Made by a program: the position numbers and the translations under genes. From an uncultured virus (IMG/VR IMGVR_UViG_3300022241_000068) (taxonomy: Duplodnaviria; Heunggongvirae; Uroviricota; Caudoviricetes), in the IMG/VR virus record IMGVR_UViG_3300022241_000068: a stretch of 64,000 nt of DNA; one strand, 5' to 3'. The first letter of the stretch is position 1; the number at the start of each line of letters is the position of its first letter. Positions 60,792 through 64,000 of the stretch are shown one piece after another. Under the pieces are notes generated by a model that saw only the letters and a program-made list of their open reading frames with translations, had not been told where the DNA came from and did no database searches.

Positions 60792-61039
60792 TGCAGCCAA
60801 TTTAATACAAAGGTGAAATTCTTTGTAGTTAATCAGCTCCCAAGGATAAGCAATTATAACAGGCTCCTTTTTCTGCTGGAGTTTGGATAGGGGATTTAAA
60901 GCAGAACCACCTATTATAATTGAGTGCAGAGGGGAAATTTTTTTAAAATAAAACTTACTAATTATGATAAATATCAGATCACCAGGTTAGTTAAACTATA
61001 TATAATATAGTTAATATAATAATTTTTTTATCTAACACA

Positions 61040-61077
61040 CAGATAAGGCAGGAGATTAAATCTTGCCTTATCTTTTC
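61040..61077 (+). terminator. Hairpin/terminator just upstream of the 61092 gene
   Basis: AGATAAGGCAGGA / TCTTGCCTTATCT followed by TTT. Confidence 0.55.
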
Positions 61078-61091
61078 TAAAAAACAAAATC

Positions 61092-61310
61092 ATGAAAAAA
61101 GCATTTTTAATTTCAGTGTTTATACTTCTTTGGGCATATGCATCTGAAGTGGATATGTCATTATTTGCACAAACACCTAATACTCAACAAACCTACAAAG
61201 ATACTGATAATAAAGTTTATCAGGTACATGTAGGAAAAAAAGGAGGAATGTACATTGTAAGAACCAGTAAATCTGGAAAGACTTACAAAAAATACATTAA
61301 AAAATTATGA
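61092..61310 (+). CDS. Secreted/membrane small protein with basic-adaptor-like C-terminus
   Basis: Signal peptide; 'GKKGGMYIVRTSKSGKTYKKY' resembles the PBCV basic adaptor G.[RK]GG.Y motif. Confidence 0.55.
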   Translation: MKKAFLISVFILLWAYASEVDMSLFAQTPNTQQTYKDTDNKVYQVHVGKKGGMYIVRTSKSGKTYKKYIKKL

Positions 61311-61651
61311 AAAATCTATTATTCATGCTGTCATTAATACTAATGACAGCATGCTCTTATGAAGAGCAATGGTTCCCCAAAACTCACGGATTAGCTCAAG
61401 ATGGAGCTGATTCTATTAGTCTTATTTATAATCTGGATTATTTGACTATAATAAGATTTGAAAACAATGGAGATTGTTTTGTACCATTGGATCAAAAGAT
61501 CAATATGGAGATTATCGAAATAAAATGTAATAATCTTCAGAAGGTAGTATCTATAGAATATATAGATGAAGGCATGTCTAAATCACATGAAGATAATTAT
61601 ATATTCTTATATGATGATTATATTATTTATAACGATATTGTTTACAAATAA
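61307..61651 (+). CDS. Predicted lipoprotein
   Basis: MKNLLFMLSLILMTA-C lipobox. Confidence 0.65.
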   Translation: MKNLLFMLSLILMTACSYEEQWFPKTHGLAQDGADSISLIYNLDYLTIIRFENNGDCFVPLDQKINMEIIEIKCNNLQKVVSIEYIDEGMSKSHEDNYIFLYDDYIIYNDIVYK

Positions 61652-61663
61652 AAATCTTAAAAA

Positions 61664-62503
61664 ATGTCAAAAATTACTTTTACCGAAGAAATAATAACAC
61701 CTGCAATTGCCACGTATTACTTGTCATTAATGGGAAATAATAAAAAGCTAAGACAAGAAACTCTTATGAGATATGTACAAGACATACGAAATGGAAGATG
61801 GAAATCAGATACAGGAGAATCAATAAAATTTTCCAAAAGCGGAAGACTTATTGATGGTCAACACAGATTGAATGCTATTATTATAGCAGGTATGACTTTA
61901 GTTCTATTAGTTGCTAGAGGACTAGATGATGAGGTATTTGATGTATTAGATACAGGATCTAAAAGGACAGCATGTGACATATTTAAAATCAAAGGTATTA
62001 AATATGACACTTTAATTCCATCAATGATGGTAACATACAATAGTATTAAAGAAAATGGTAAAACAGGTAGTGGTTCTAATATTACTAAAACTGTAAGACC
62101 AAAAAATACTAATGCTGCATTATTAGAAGCATATTACAATGATCCATTATTCTGGGAGCACGTAGCAACAAAAACATTTACATATTATAGATATATAGAC
62201 AGATTGTTAACTCCTTCTTTTATAGGAGGATTATATGCTGTATTATATAAAATAAATAATAAAATGGCAGATGATTTTATGCACCAATTATGTAAAGGAG
62301 ATGCTGCAGTTAAACCTATCACTTTAGCAAGACAGATTCTTTATACAGATGGAGTATCAAAAACTTCAAAATTGACGCTAAATACAAAATTAGCATATAT
62401 AGTAAAAGCATGGAATCTTTTTGTTAAAGGAAATAATAGCATCAAATCTTTAAGATTTGACCCAGCTAAGGAAGAATTTCCAAAAATATCAAGACCTATT
62501 TAA
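61664..62503 (+). CDS. ParB/Srx-like N-terminal domain protein
   Basis: 'ITP..A...L', 'G.W...GE.I.F', 'LIDGQHRL.AI', 'DTG..RT..D'. Confidence 0.8.
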   Translation: MSKITFTEEIITPAIATYYLSLMGNNKKLRQETLMRYVQDIRNGRWKSDTGESIKFSKSGRLIDGQHRLNAIIIAGMTLVLLVARGLDDEVFDVLDTGSKRTACDIFKIKGIKYDTLIPSMMVTYNSIKENGKTGSGSNITKTVRPKNTNAALLEAYYNDPLFWEHVATKTFTYYRYIDRLLTPSFIGGLYAVLYKINNKMADDFMHQLCKGDAAVKPITLARQILYTDGVSKTSKLTLNTKLAYIVKAWNLFVKGNNSIKSLRFDPAKEEFPKISRPI

Positions 62504-62523
62504 ATAACAATTTGTGGGAGGGA

Positions 62524-62568
62524 GCTACTTGCAGGAAAACTTTAAGTTAGTACTGCAAGTAGTTTTTT
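62524..62568 (+). terminator. Terminator-like hairpin immediately upstream of the tRNA
   Basis: GCTACTTGCAG / CTGCAAGTAGT followed by TTTTT. Confidence 0.55.
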
Positions 62569-62572
62569 AAAT

Positions 62573-62658
62573 GCTATAGTGGTGGAATTGGTAGACACGC
62601 AGGACTTAAAATCCTGTTGACAGTAATGTCAGTATAGGTTCAAGTCCTATCTATAGTA
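62573..62658 (+). tRNA. trnL: tRNA-Leu(TAA), type II, CCA not encoded
   Basis: Acceptor GCTATAG/CTATAGT, D-loop AATTGGTAGA, anticodon arm CAGGA-CTTAAAA-TCCTG, long variable arm, T-loop TTCAAGT. Confidence 0.95.
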
Positions 62659-62672
62659 CATAATTTAATATA

Positions 62673-64000
62673 ATGAGTAAAGTTAAACTGATTAATACAC
62701 GTATATATTCTAAAACTGGAAGATATAATAATTGTAGAATATTAATAGAACTTGAAAACAGATTTTATCCTTTTCCTGGTATAAATAACGCAGAATATGC
62801 TGTAGAAAAAGGTTTAGAGTATTTTGAATATTATCGAGTAACAAAGGAAGATTATGAGTAAATATTTATTACTAAGAAGACCAACTAATAAAGAAACCTT
62901 TCAGCAATTATATTTTATAAAAACTTATGATAATAGATATTTCCCATGTTTTTTTCTTGATGAAAATAAGTTATTAAATTGTTATTACAGAAATTTTCCT
63001 AATTATCCTTTCGATTTATTAGACGAAAAAACTTTTAAAGCTATATATGAAGAATAAAGTTACATTTCTCAATCGTTATAAAAATCATAATCTTTCTCAT
63101 GTACATACTATTGAAATAGATGGAGCATATTTTGCCTTTTCTACAAGTGATATTAGCGATATAGAAAATATATTTATAGCAGCTAATGATTTTGAAATTA
63201 AACAATATTTAAAGGATAATTATATTAAATCTGATGAAGAAAATTTCAAAGCTAGGTATTAAAAAGAAAATTAAACTTATTAATTATTTTAAAGGTCGTA
63301 AATTATCTGAAATATATACTATTAAAATGGATGAATTATATTTTCCATTTGAATTTGAAGGAATTGAAATTCAAGATGTAGAAAACATTTTTACATACGC
63401 TAGTGCTACTACTCTTGAATTTAAAGAATACTTAAAAAGAAATTTTACTGACATTAGTGAAGAATATTACAGTATAAACATATAGATTTTTATTTTTCAT
63501 AATTTGGGCTAAACAGGAGAAGGAGAAATCTTTCTCCTAGTTTAGTTTTAAAACTAATAAATGGAAAAACATAAATTCATTAGAATAGCAAAAGCAGGTA
63601 TATTAAACTGTAAATATAAGTATAATAATTCAGAGCATACTCATTACTTTTTTACTTTAAAAAGTCTTGAAAAATTCTTAATAAGTAAAGTTACGGCGGA
63701 ATTCCTAATAATTGATCATGGCAAAGATAACTAATTCAAAAATAGAAACCAACTCTTTTGTAAGTAAAAAATTGAAATTTTAATTCATGAAAAAATATGT
63801 AATAGCTAAGAAAATAATAGAAGAGGGAATGGTAATATATGCAATAAAAAGAGATGAAGGATATGTTCCTATTTCTGTCTTAGATGAAAAAAAATTTATA
63901 GAAATTTATCATAGTAAAAAGAATTGGCATATAGTAGAAGAGCATGAGTGGAAAAATTAAAATAATTAAAAGAAAAGTAAAAAATGGTGTTATATATGCA
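62673..64000 (+). other. Second cluster of small paralogous ORFs
   Basis: ORFs at 62673, 62854, 63047, 63234, 63561-63734, 63787-63960 and 63944->end. Basic/beta N-termini, 'Y[FV]P' motif; 63047 and 63234 share D[IV]ENIF...E.K.YLK.N. Confidence 0.7.

Larger units (their letters stand above)
59750..60945 (+). ncRNA. Putative structured non-coding RNA region (one long or several short RNAs)
   Basis: No credible ORF; dense hairpins and multi-way junctions, a duplicated scaffold and an rRNA-like motif. Confidence 0.55.

Noticed and set aside
1..64000. Stop-codon reassignment, as in some crAss-like phages
   Set aside because: Core genes are full length in the standard code, TAG and TGA end genes at coupled junctions, and no suppressor tRNA was seen

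Overview
AT-rich window from a crAss-like (Crassvirales-type) Bacteroidota phage, read with the standard genetic code. The left ~49.5 kb is one minus-strand late/virion operon. In transcription order it holds: small wHTH, IHF/HU-like, Zn-finger and spanin-like genes; an intein-split terminase large subunit; portal, scaffold-like and major capsid genes; ring/auxiliary capsid genes; a long fibre module (G-X-Q collagen, LamG, Asn beta-helix, very Cys-rich proteins) with a 2OG-Fe(II) oxygenase and a GT2/methyltransferase; a metallophosphoesterase; tail tubular and stabilisation proteins; and a QxGG-motif cargo-like protein running off the left edge. A palindromic back-to-back Bacteroidota promoter at ~49.55 kb switches to the plus strand. 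That side encodes a PD-(D/E)xK nuclease with a class-3 intein, MazG, a ferritin-like protein, a ParB-like protein and tRNA-Leu(TAA). The two most striking signals are mostly missed by the ORF track. (1) About 29 translationally coupled, highly diverged, apparently paralogous microprotein genes (MKYKI...LxxIExxI) lie in tandem at 53.8-58.5 kb. (2) A ~1.25 kb non-coding, hairpin-dense region (59.7-60.95 kb) contains an apparent mimic of the 23S rRNA uL11-binding GTPase centre and two copies of a conserved RNA scaffold with swapped ~40-nt inserts. All functional calls come from motif recognition by eye; no searches were run.
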